Positions 31,301-42,065 of a stretch of 64,000 nucleotides of DNA are shown here, one piece after another. Where the stretch lies: the NCBI GenBank assembly GCA_964019425.1, contig OZ025785.1, forward strand, positions 1,240,001-1,304,000, written 5' to 3'. Position numbers and translations under genes: made by a program. The notes beneath the pieces are model-generated. The model was given only the letters and a program-made list of their open reading frames with translations. It searched no databases and had not been told where the DNA came from. Source of the stretch: Flectonema sp. DT1601. Taxonomy: Eukaryota. How positions within the stretch are numbered: position 1 is the stretch's first letter; every line of letters starts with the position of its first letter.

Positions 31301-33650
31301 AAGATACAGGCCGACTATAGGGTGTCCGCTGTGGTGGTCCATCAGGGGTGTCTGGGATCGGGTCACTACACGTCTTTCACCCTATCACCGGGCGGCTGGA
31401 GGTACCAGGACGATGAGGTGGAGCGAGCAACAAGCTGGCGAGAGGTGCTGTCGTCTGTCCCTTACGTGCTATTCCTGCGAAGACAAGCTACAAAGGAGAT
31501 GTTCTGCGCAAATGAAGTTCCGATGATGCCACGACTAGCTCCACAGGTGGTCAGGGCAACGCCTCCAGAGCAGCACGGAATGGAAGGAAGGGATTATAGG
31601 CAAGTGAACAGTGAAATGCTCATACGGCCTGGAACGCAAAAGTCACGGACACAGTGTGAAGTACCACAATCAACACGGACCCAAAACCCACCGAACCTGC
31701 TAAGGACGGTGAAGACACTAGGTCGGTGCGAGAAGAAGAACGCCACGCGTGTCACAATACGAGCACACACAACGAAAGGCCAGAGGAGTCAACCGGCGAC
31801 GCGAATGGAGAGCAAGTTCAAGCTCTATGCTATCTCGAAGGGAAGGGGACGCACTACCATCGTGAATAGCTGGGCAGAGGCCGAGAAACAGACGAAGGGA
31901 CTCTCTTGCGCTGTTTATCAGGGCTTCAATAATGGAGAGGAGGCGGAGGCTTTCCTGAGAAGCACTGACCCAGAGTATAAGACAGCAGACAAGCCAGTAA
32001 AAGGCCCACGCAGAAATCGGCGGTACGCGGTCCCGTGTGGACGGCGTCCAGGAACGTACAGCACATGGAGTGAAGCCTCACTGCAAGTGCTACGCTGTCC
32101 AGGTGGGAAGGTGAAGAAGCTTTGCACGGACAGGGGAGCACGGGAGTACGTCGAAGAGCACAGAGCCACGAAAGGGTTAACGCAGCCAACACCACCACAT
32201 CCAGCTGTGTACCTTTTCTTAGGCAAAACCGGAAGGGCGTGCCTGGTGCGGAGTGGCGGAGGACCAGTGATGAAGAAGTGGCATGAGACCACAGGAGAGG
32301 AAAAAGACCCCATGCTGGCCGCACTAGAATTGGCACTGGAATGGGTCACAGGGAAGGGCCTCCTGGAGGGACCCGTGGAAGTGCAAGCGTACGCACCCTT
32401 GGAACAGTGGACGAGAGAACGGTGGGAGAAATTCGGGGCGATAAGTAGCGTGGTAAGGGCACGAGGACTAGTGTTGAGGCTGGCGGACCTACCTGTCGAA
32501 GTAAAGCACACAGCTTACCAGTGGGTGTGCCAAGTGATGACAGGCGAAACAGAGGTAGAACAGAAACCGAAGCCAGCGGAACCAGTCGAGGAGCCGAAGG
32601 AAGGATCGGCAGATCCCCACCATGGACGTGAGCCCCGAATAGGATGGCGCCCAAGTGCGATCCATGAGCCTGAGGAGGGAGTGCGAGGACAGTCGGAACC
32701 GGAAGCGGCTTTTAGAGATTCGAAGAAGAGGGCGAAGATCGAGCTAATAGAATGGCACTCTGAAAAGCCCATCTATGAGCTGTTCTACGCAGCAACACAG
32801 AGGGAGACGAGAACGTGTGTTGTAAGTGGCGGTGAAGTGATCCACATGTGGAGATTCCCCCTCAAGGAATGCTCGCCGAACCGCGAGGGTAAGGCGTTAG
32901 GGATCGGGATGGCGCAGCTGCTAAGTTACGGAGACGCAGTGAAGGAAATAGTGGCGTACGGCTCACTCGAGCACTCAGTAGAGTCACACCGACGATACAT
33001 CGAGGTCTCGCAGAGAATGGCGCATCGACTTGGATCAACGCTGAGGCTGGAGCGCCTGCCCCCCGAAGCCAGCGAAGAGGCCTACCGATGGGTGAGAGGT
33101 GAGGAAAAAGTCGGGAGGAGATTGTTAAAGTGGAAGGAGGAGAACGGTAAGGAAGTCTCACAGGCGGTAACAAGCACACACGAGAAAAATATTGTGCCTG
33201 AAACCACCACGGAGCCTACCATGGACCATGACTCAGACAAGATGACGTCAGACTCGAGCTCGATCTGCTCCCCACCGACACAAGAAGACCGCCCCCCAGT
33301 AGGGATGTGTGGGTGCGGAAAGGAGATACCGCAAGCAGCGATCAAGAATCCGGTGAAACACCCGACGAAGGGATGGTGTGATAGGTGTGGAGAGCGGATC
33401 GCGAAGGGAACGCGGGTAGTCATGTGCGTGAAGTGTGACTACGCTGAATGCTGCGGATTGTTGGAGAGATCGCGGCGTGGGAAAGAGAAGAGGAAAAGGA
33501 AATCACGGGGATCGCGATCGAAAAACGATGCCATGTGAGAAGCATGAAACGGAAAGTGAATGAACGGAAAAAATTAAATGTAAAGAAGTGAACTTGTAAA
33601 AAATGTAAAGAAGCAAACATGTTAAAAGAAAAATGAAAAAAAAAAAAAAG
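28367..33650 (+). mobile_element. 5'-truncated relative of the CRE-like element (C-terminal accessory region only; frame open to 33538)
   Basis: Starts abruptly after an A tract inside a USP-like domain (His box VCGNGRH..W..VSDE). Then a full USP (GLTNLGDSCYLNATLQAL, QQDA, GSGHY..W.YQDD), two RNase H1 N-terminal modules (YAISKGR..NSWAEAEKQ; YAVPCGRRPGTYSTWSEA), a terminal CDRC...CVKCDY zinc finger and an A-rich 3' UTR. No RT is present, so family membership is inferred from architecture. Confidence 0.75.
29202..29842 (+). repeat. 321-bp (107-aa) in-frame tandem duplication
   Basis: ctttggagccagcatcaaacgg at 29202 and 29523; the protein repeats LEPASNGDIAKLTQE...PPVKPH. Confidence 0.95.
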
Positions 33651-33954
33651 AAGAGTGAAAAGGAAGACAGAGTTGTATGTAAACTGTATGTAAATGTAAG
33701 AAGAAAGAAAAAACACGCTGGAAGTGGGAGTGCAACCATCAGCGCAAACACAACCACAAATATTGTTTTTTTTTTTTTTCCTTTTTCTTTTCTTCGCTTC
33801 GGCGACAGATATGGTAGGACCTAGAAAACCGGCCCAAAACTTGTGTTGCAGTTTATCTTTTTAGCGCACACTCATGTAACATAAGGATCGCTGGTTCCGA
33901 GGGTTTGCTCTCCTGCCATACTTGCCTCTCACCTCCCTCAAAAAAAAAAAAAAA

Positions 33955-34307
33955 AAAATAATAACAAATTGATATTGGCGACTACGTGTCACCTACTTTA
34001 CTTCCAAAGTCTAAGGTTAGATGTCTGTTCCATCCACCTTATGATCAACGCGAGTGATGGAAGCCACGCCAAAGTGAAGAGGGCTTCAAGGTTAGGAATT
34101 TCGTTGGCAATAATAAGTTCCCGATCGCGATCCCACTTGCCGGTCAGTGTTGAGAAGCCCAGGATTTTGAACCTGGCCGAGTCGAGTTTGGGAGATTGAC
34201 ATCCCTGCAGCAGGTGAACCTGTGAGGACGGTTCGCCACAAAATGGGCAGTCGATCGTCTTGCGCCAGTTCTGAATTAGCGGGTGACATCCTGTCCGGAA
34301 GTTCGCT
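33955..34307 (-). mobile_element. Fragment of Ingi/I-like LINE subfamily A (C-terminal zinc-knuckle region)
   Basis: Near-identical to 36671-37023. Confidence 0.88.
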
Positions 34308-34319
34308 TAAAACCTTCTT

Positions 34320-35915
34320 CTTATTTCTTTTTTTATTTATTTATTTAGTCACATCCCCTCTGTCTTTCCACTTTATTTTTCTTCATTCTGAGCATTCTTG
34401 CCCTTCTTATTTTTTGATAAAGTAAACAAGTAAAAACAAGTGCAACTGTCCTGAGTCCGTTGGAGGACTTCCCCGGATAGGAATCTCAAGACACAGTTAA
34501 TATAAAGCGAAGGATCAGTACAGGGACGGTGGCCAAAGACCACTGGGTTACCTACGAGCCATGAAGCTCTGCGGATGTCCTCAGAGAAATTAGGAGATGA
34601 TTAAGGAGTGTGATAAGGGAGAATGATACTAATGAATTAGCAACTACCAATCAGTTAACAGTTTGATAAGCCTGTTCGTTGTTCCAAATGCCATAAGTAG
34701 CCGGCTAGGGCGTGAAGATTTCTCGTCGCAAACATTATTGAAAGATTTAGTTTGGTCTCGGAGATTCTCGCTTCCTGAATGTTTGATCTAATTGTTCCTT
34801 CTCTGATGCGGACCACGTCACCATCCTCGCAATCAAATATTAGATGTCGGGCAGAAGAGTCTGTTCTTTTGCAGAAGGGGCACTTTATCGGTAGTTCATT
34901 TACCCTGAGCAGGGGGTGAGAGCCCGTTCTGAACCTGGCTATCCTTATCTCTGATTCTCTCAGCATGTCCTTGGGGTATCGAGCCGCTCTCAGGCCTCTG
35001 GTAGCATCAAGATATTGCCTAAGCATCACCCGTTTGATCGGTGGTTTCGCCCTTGTTGAACCCTCCATAATCTTACCAAACAGCTTTCTGTTAGCTTCCC
35101 TCACTATCCTTGACTTATGTGCGAAGAAGTCCATAGTCGTTGACACCGGCTTGCTCTTAACATCTTTTGAGATCTTTTTCGCCAGTTCATCTGCCTTGTC
35201 ATGCGGTTCAATTCCCACGTGAGCTGGGATGAATTGAAGGTGTACGAATGAGTCTAATTTTCTTATCCCTTCTAGTATCGAGAGAGAGTTCAGCTTCCTC
35301 TGAGCCGCAATTCCACCACGCAGCTCATCCAGATTGGATTTAGAATCACTGAAGACTCTCGTGATTCCAGATCTGGGACCCAAGACAGAGGTTGCTTTTC
35401 CAAATTCACTTATTAACAGCTTCAGAGTTACCTGTTCAGCTTTATAACTACTTTCCGTTGCAACAAGTCTCGATGCCATGGTCCGTTCGCACGGCGTGAT
35501 CTGCACTGCTGCTGCGCCTGCCGTGTAGTTGACTGGGTCGTGGGATCCGTCAACAAAAATTGACGAGGTACAAGGCCTAAGTTCGCTGCAGTACTCCTCG
35601 AACTTAGCCTTGTCCACTTCAGCAACAAGATATCTCCAGGTTCGGAACATCTATCCATGGCTCGATGCTGTCAGGCATGACAATCCCCTGGATCTCTATA
35701 TTTCGGTCCTCGGTCGGTAAAGTTGAACTCCAAGTTCCACTAGCGATTCCCTTCGTAGAAGGAACCCAATCCAGTGATCGATACCTGAATAGAGCAATCC
35801 TGGCTTGCTTCTCAATCTGCAGTCTCATCGGGAGTATGTTCGCCTCCCACAGTAACGGAAGGGACCTTCGCAGCCGGTGATCTTTCTAGCTATCTTCCTC
35901 AGATTCAGGTCAATA
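34320..35915 (-). mobile_element. Ingi/I-like LINE subfamily B, 5'-truncated and frameshifted (RNase H + zinc knuckle + 3' UTR)
   Basis: RNase H IFVDGS...SYKAEQ...VFSDSKS...LQFIPAHVGIEPHDKADELAK; RTGSHP..CPFC..HLIFDC; (TAAA)n-like 3' end near 34330. Confidence 0.85.
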
Positions 35916-36142
35916 GGTAAGGAATTTCTCCCTGTCCAATGCGGGATCCTGGGATTTTGTAAAACCGCAGCTGTTGCTGATTTGAATATTGTCCGAAGCA
36001 ATCCAAGGTTTGATAGAGTCAGGTTGAACGAGCCCCACGCTTTCTAGTTGACCTTCAGTAAGGGGAATGAGGCCACACATGGAAGAGAATGCGAACAGTT
36101 CTAGTTTCGGACTTCATCGCAAGGTTCTTGAAAAAGAAAATG

Positions 36143-36215
36143 TGGTCACAATGGGGCTCGAACCCATGGCCAATGGCTTATTAGACCAACGCTCTACCGA
36201 CTGAGCTATGCGACC
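36143..36215 (-). tRNA. tRNA-Ile (anticodon AAT), copy 3
   Basis: Identical 73-nt sequence to copies 1 and 2. Confidence 0.93.
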
Positions 36216-36246
36216 TCTGTTTTAAGAAAACTTTTCTTTTTTTTGG

Positions 36247-39111
36247 TTACACTCGTCTGTGCTACCAAACTCTTTGTTCTTTTCACTTCTATGTTTTGTC
36301 TTTCTTTTATACTTTCTTTTTGACTTAAGTCTGACAAATTGGAAAACACGGGAAACATAGGTAGGCTCCGCCTGAGGACGTAAGAAGAGCGGCAACGGAA
36401 AAAATAAATGGTCACGCGTCCTTGAAATTGGACACACGAAGCTAATTCGGTTACCATTCCTACCATCGATAAGGAAAACAAAGAGTCGAGCATATAACTA
36501 GAGCGGTGGTCAAAGACCACTTGAACAGCCCGAAGGCCTGCCCTCAAGAGAAATTTATAAGGAGAATAGGAGAAGAAGGAGACAGGAGTGTTGGATGAGA
36601 CACTGCGACAACACCGAAGGTGATGTGCAGTTACCCAACCAGGAGATGATTGATAATGATGAAAATACTAAAAATAATAACAAATTGATATTGGCGACTA
36701 CATGTCACCTACTTTACTTCCAAAGTCTAAGGTTAGATGTTTGTTCCATCCACCTTATGATCAACGCGAGTGATGGAAGCCACGCCAAAGTGAAGAGAGC
36801 TTCAAGGTTAGGAATTTCGTTGGCAATAATAAGTTCTCGATCGCGATCCCACTTGCCGGTCAGTGTTGAGAAGCCCAGGATTTTGAACCTGGCCGAGTCG
36901 AGTTTGGGAGATTGACATCCCTGTAGCAGGTGAACCTGTGAGGACGGTTCGCCACAAAATGGGCAGTCGATCGTCTTGCGCCAGTTCTGAATTAGCGGGT
37001 GACATCCTGTCCGGAAGTTCGCTATCCGTATCTCGTCGGCTCTTTCCATCCCAGGAGGGTATTTAACTGAACGGCCTCTGATGAGGTGTTTGTAGCAGGT
37101 GTAACCACTCACGTTAAGCAGATCCTTCTTGATGCAGCGCTTAACATGTGATGATCGCGAGAAGTAAGTGCCTTTGACTAGCACAGGTCGGATGTTCTTA
37201 TTGTGCGCTGCTTCCTTTGCAAGCGCGTCAACTTCATCGTGAAATTCGATTCCAATGTGTGAGGGGATGAATTGCAAATGCACTTTCATCTCACACATGC
37301 GCAGGTATTCCAGTATCTTGAGGGACTCGGAATTCTTCTGTCTGCATCTTCCACCCAGCAGTTCATCCAGAAGGGATTTTGAGTCCGTGAATATCCTCAC
37401 AGATCTCATTGAGGGATCTTTGCTAAACACTGTTCTCAGATGTCTAGCCGCGTTCTTCAGAGCATGTTGTTCAGCCCTGTAGCTGCAGTCAGCTTGATAA
37501 AGCCTAGACGCGTAAGCAGATCGAAGGCCGCTACGTGACTTGGCAATATGAGCCGCACCGGCCGCGCCGGAAGCAGAGTAAGAGCCATCGCAGTTGATTA
37601 CCATGTCGACAGGAGGTAACGTTCCAATGTACGACATGAATTTTTCTTTGTCCACCGCAGGGTTCGCGGACTTCGGAAATCCGCAGCCGTTGCTAATCCT
37701 AAGGTTTGTCGGAGATACCCAGGGTTCCATCAAGTCAGGCTGTACAAGGCACTGGCTTTCACGCTGGCTGTCAATGCCAGGAAGGAGGCCAGCCCAGTAG
37801 CTTTGGGTTGAGGCGAGTCTGTTGGTACTAGGTATCCAAGTCATGGCTTTATACCTGTAGTACGCTATCTTGGTTTGCTTTTCAATCTGACGTTTAAAAG
37901 GAAGCATGTCCGCTTCCCACAGTAGAAGTTCTCTCGGTGTGCACCTGCTGCATCCAGTAACCAGCCTGGCAACCTTCCTCAGTTCGAAATCAATACTATC
38001 AACGCTGTTGCTTATCAGCCAACCAAAGCTATCGAGCGCATAAGAGATTCTCGCAGTTACGTAAAGGTTCTTGACCATATTTAGCGTTTTGTAGTCAAGA
38101 TCATACGGTTGAAGGCATTGAAGCAGAGATATTCCCTTTTTCAGTTCTTCATGAATCTTAGCCACCTGTTTGTGGAAAGTGAGTCTGTCGTCGATGTGAA
38201 CTCCGAGGTATTTCACTGAGTCCACGATTGGCAACAGAAATGCGGTTTTAAATCTGGCTTTCACCACCATCACGTTGTCAAGTTCATCTTGCGTTTTGAT
38301 CGGAGTTCCATCAACCTCGAGAATAGTTTCGCCGCTTTGAAGCATGGGTCTAGAAGAGTTTAAGTTGATACTCTTTTCAATGTCACTATAGTCCATTTTG
38401 ATAACGTTTTCCACAACAGATCTGGAAAATAGTAATTCGCGATTGCAGGTGTCGTTGAGAATCGTATCCTTCGTACGGACTTTCATCTTAAGAGCACAGG
38501 TCTTTGAGACCGACAGGGCCATGTCGTTGTCAGAACACCATTGATCCACTTTATCAAGTATTATTTGAGCATTTGAAAGAGCTTCTTCCATGTTATGTCC
38601 AGATACTACACATGCTGTATCATCCGCATACAGAGCAGACGTCGTTGTTTCTTTCTCCAGTTCCAAAATCTTGCAGAGGTCATCAACGTAGATAAGATAG
38701 AGAAGAGGACCCAGGATCGATCCCTGTGGAACCCTTAGCCAGAGTACGGAATTCGCTAAAATAACCATTTGCTTCAACTCTAACCTTCCTGTTTGTAAGA
38801 AAGTCTGTGATCCATCTGATAATAACATTCGGAACACCCATCTTTACCAATTTTAATAAAAGTATCTTATGGTTGATCCTGTCAAACGCAGCAGTAAAAT
38901 CAAACGATAAGAACACCGATCTCTTTCTCTTCATGTGCATCCTTACGACGGCATCTACCAAAACGGTGATCTGTTCGCAGGTATTTCTCCCCCTTCTGAA
39001 TCCAGCCTGTAGTGGGCTGAGTGACGAATGTTTAGTGAGCCAGTGCATGAGTCGGTCATACACGAGCCTCTCCGCAAGTTTCCCAACAACCGATGTGAGC
39101 GTAATGGGTCT
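36247..39111 (-). mobile_element. Ingi/I-like LINE subfamily A, 5'-truncated (RT-RNase H-zinc knuckle; coding about 39111-36714, one frameshift near 38730)
   Basis: RPITLTSVVGK, QAGFRRGR, FDFTAAFD, VPQGSILGPLLY, LYADD, KYLGVHID; RNase H CDGS..RAEQ..FTDSKS..FIPSHIGIEFHDEVD; CPFC..HLLQGC. Confidence 0.9.
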
Positions 39112-39161
39112 TTTTTATTATAAATAAATAAATCTTTCTTTTCTTTCTTTTCTTTTTTTTA

Positions 39162-40718
39162 CCAGGAAGGGTCTTGCACTCCTGGGTAAACTAGAACAGT
39201 ATGACTTTGATTTTAAGACGCTGTGCATGGTCAAGAACCTGTACATACTTTCAAGGCTGTCATATGGGCTGGAGAGCTTCGGTCCTTTCCTATCTGAGGG
39301 TCAGATTGATCTTGTGGACTTGAATCTGAAGAAGATTGCGAGAAGGATAACGGGTTGCAGCATCTACACCAGGTCTCTCCCACTGCTCTTGGAGGCGAAC
39401 ATGCTCCCGATGAAGTTGATAATAGAAAAACAGGCCAGAACTGCTCTGTTTAGGTATAGATCGCTGAAGTGGTTACGTTCGACGAACCGAATAGCGAAAG
39501 GATTCTGGAGTTCTAAGTTGCCGCAGGAAGATTGTACATCGCCCTCCAAGGAATTGTTCAACCTGACAGCATCGAACCCTGGGCGGATGTACCAAATCGA
39601 GATGAGATATCCTGTGGATATGGTCATACCAAGACCGGTGATGCAGATGTGGATAGGAACAAATTTGAGGAATACTGCAGGGACCTAGTCCCTTGCAACT
39701 CGGCTATATATGTGGACGGCTCACATGATCCTGCTAACTACGCTGCGGGTGCGGCAGCAGTACAGGTCTCACCAACTGAGAGAACGATGTCGTCAAGACT
39801 TGTAGCTACTGAAAGCAGCTACAAGGCTGAACAAGTGACACTCAAACTGCTGATGAGAGAAATTGGCAAAGCTGACTCGATCTTGGGTCCCAGGTCAGGT
39901 ATTACCAGAATCTTCAGTGACTCGAAATCCAACCTGGGGGGATTGTTGCCCAGAGGAAGTTGAACTCTCTGTTAATACTGAAAAGCATTAGGGATCTGAA
40001 GACACAGGTGCATCTCCAGTTCATCCCGGCCCATGTGGGGATTGAACCACATGATAAGGCTGATAAGCTGGCCAAAGAAGTCTCGAAGGATGCCGAAAGT
40101 AAACCGGTCTCAACGACCATGGATTTCTTCGCCCACAAATCAAGGGTAGCGAGGGAGTCTCACAGGAAGTTGATAGGAAAGATGATGGAAGCCTCCAATG
40201 AAACGGGTGATGCTCAGACAGTATCTGGAGGCGACCGGAGGATTGAGAACTGCCAGATATCCGAAAGACATGCTGAGGGCTTCGGAAGTAAGAATTGCAC
40301 AATTCAGAACGGGTTCACACCCCTTGCTGAGAGACAAAGGCGTACAGCTGAAGTGCCCTTTTTGTAGATGGACGGACTCATCACCTAGACACTTGATGTT
40401 TAACTGCATGGACTCTGCTCTTGTACGCATCAGAAATGGAACGATTGGATCTGTCATGGAAGAAGCGAAGATTTCAAAGAAGGAACACAGCCTGCCATTT
40501 ATGTTTGCTACGAGGAACTTACATTCCCTCGCTGGCTTCATATGGCATTTAGAACAATGGACGGCAACAAGCTGTTATCAGAAGTTACTATCTTTTTAGT
40601 ATATCATACTCATACATCACTCCTAATTCATCTCCTAATAACTCTCTGAGGACATCCGTAGAGCTTCATAGCTCGCAGGTAACCCAGTGGTCTTTGGCCA
40701 CCGTCTCCGTATTGATCA
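39162..40718 (+). mobile_element. Ingi/I-like LINE subfamily B, degenerate copy in the opposite orientation
   Basis: ORF pieces 39227-39688, 39532-39963, 39960-40367 and 40198-40599 are homologous to 34655-35828, with frameshifts and deletions; the 3' UTR matches 34510-34620. Confidence 0.85.
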
Positions 40719-41292
40719 TTACACTCCTGGGCAACCGTCTTCTTTGTTCATTGTTGTTTTTCACTTCAATGTTTGCCTTTCTTTTTCACTTTCTTTTGGT
40801 AAAAGTCTGACAAGAAACACGGGAAACATGGTAGGCTCCTCTTGAGGACGTCAGAAGAGCGGCATCGGATATGAAGTAGTCACGCATCCTTTAAAATTGG
40901 ATGCACGAAGCACATTCCTGATACAATTCCTACCATCGTTGGGGAAACAAGGAGACGGGCTGTCCACAGCGGCGGTCAAAGACCGCTTTAGTCCGAAGAC
41001 TCTGCCCTCAAGAGTTTATTTCATGAGGAGTAAATACTTGGTGCAGATGCTGCAACCCGCTATCATTCTCTCGATCTTTTTCAGATTTTTCAGAAAGTCC
41101 ACACCACGCACTGCGTCTTGAATTTAAAGCATACCGCTCAAGTTTCCCCAGGAGTGCAAGACCCTTCCTGGTCTCATCCGGCATCTTTCCAACCTGCGTT
41201 CCATAAGATAGATCACCATCAATGTGCACCCCCAGGTATCTAACGCTGTCTACCATCAGCATTAGTACTGCGGTTAACAACTTCACTCTCAA
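40719..41292 (-). mobile_element. Chimeric Ingi-like remnants (A-type 3' UTR plus B-type RT fragment)
   Basis: 40719-41030 aligns to 36247-36560; VDSVRYLGVHIDGDL...RKGLALLGKLE at 41130-41260. Confidence 0.75.
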
Positions 41293-41761
41293 CTGACTTG
41301 TTCTATCAGGAAAATTACAAGCAAGTCTTTCGTATTAACGACTTCAATTCATTACCCTGAGAATGGTCATTTGTGCAACCCACACCCCACATGTGTCACT
41401 TTGCATTAGTTATCTACAAGCCCAAGGATCTGTTGTGCCTTTCGACAAGTCATCAAGAGACTACACAAGCGGTGTCGTCTGCATAAAGAGCCGCGACAGA
41501 GCCAGTTTTCCCCCAACAAATTTGCCACCTTTTTATATTTACCTCCGTTTTTAGGAGTCTTTTTTTTTCCCCCCCTCATTCAGTTACTATTCCTACCGTC
41601 GTTGAGGGAAAAATAAGACTCACCCTGTTCCTCTTTAGTTGTCCTGACTGAGCGCTCGGTAGGAAATGGAGTACAATCTCAGCATGATATTGTACAATGA
41701 ATTTTTCTTTCTGCTTTTACTTAATTGCTAGATCAAACATTAAAAAACAAAACAAAAACAG

Positions 41762-42065
41762 TATTGAAATTATTTCGGGATCAGAAGGTTTCCGTACGGA
41801 GTTGGGGCCTAATCAGTTTGTTGGTGCCGCTTCTATACGCCAACTCAGTCCTGTTAAGGCAGACTTCGACTGCAGAATATCAACATCGCCTGTGAGGGTA
41901 TTGCAGATGACATATGCTGATTTGGAAGCCGCAAAGCAGCACGGAGAGTCTGATAGTGAGCCAGCCATGGGAAACAGTAATGGCAGCATTAGTGATTGTG
42001 ATACACCCATTCTTGAAAGGAAATATTCCAACCCTATCGCCCCCTCCGATGTCACTTTTCAATAA
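41762..42065 (+). CDS. CNNM: CNNM transporter, exon 3 (cyclic-nucleotide-binding-homology domain)
   Basis: Acceptor AAAACAG at 41761. The phase-2 join AG+T gives MVLSG-S-IEIISGSEGFRTELGPNQFVG...ADFDCRI, resembling the CNNM CNBH strand pattern. Confidence 0.82.

Noticed and set aside
36350..36410. Hammerhead-like CTGAGGA core (also near 40646), or an HDV-like fold in the LINE UTRs and at 16860-16900
   Set aside because: I could not assemble the required stems and GAAA or J4/2 catalytic elements consistently across copies; an Infernal search would be decisive.
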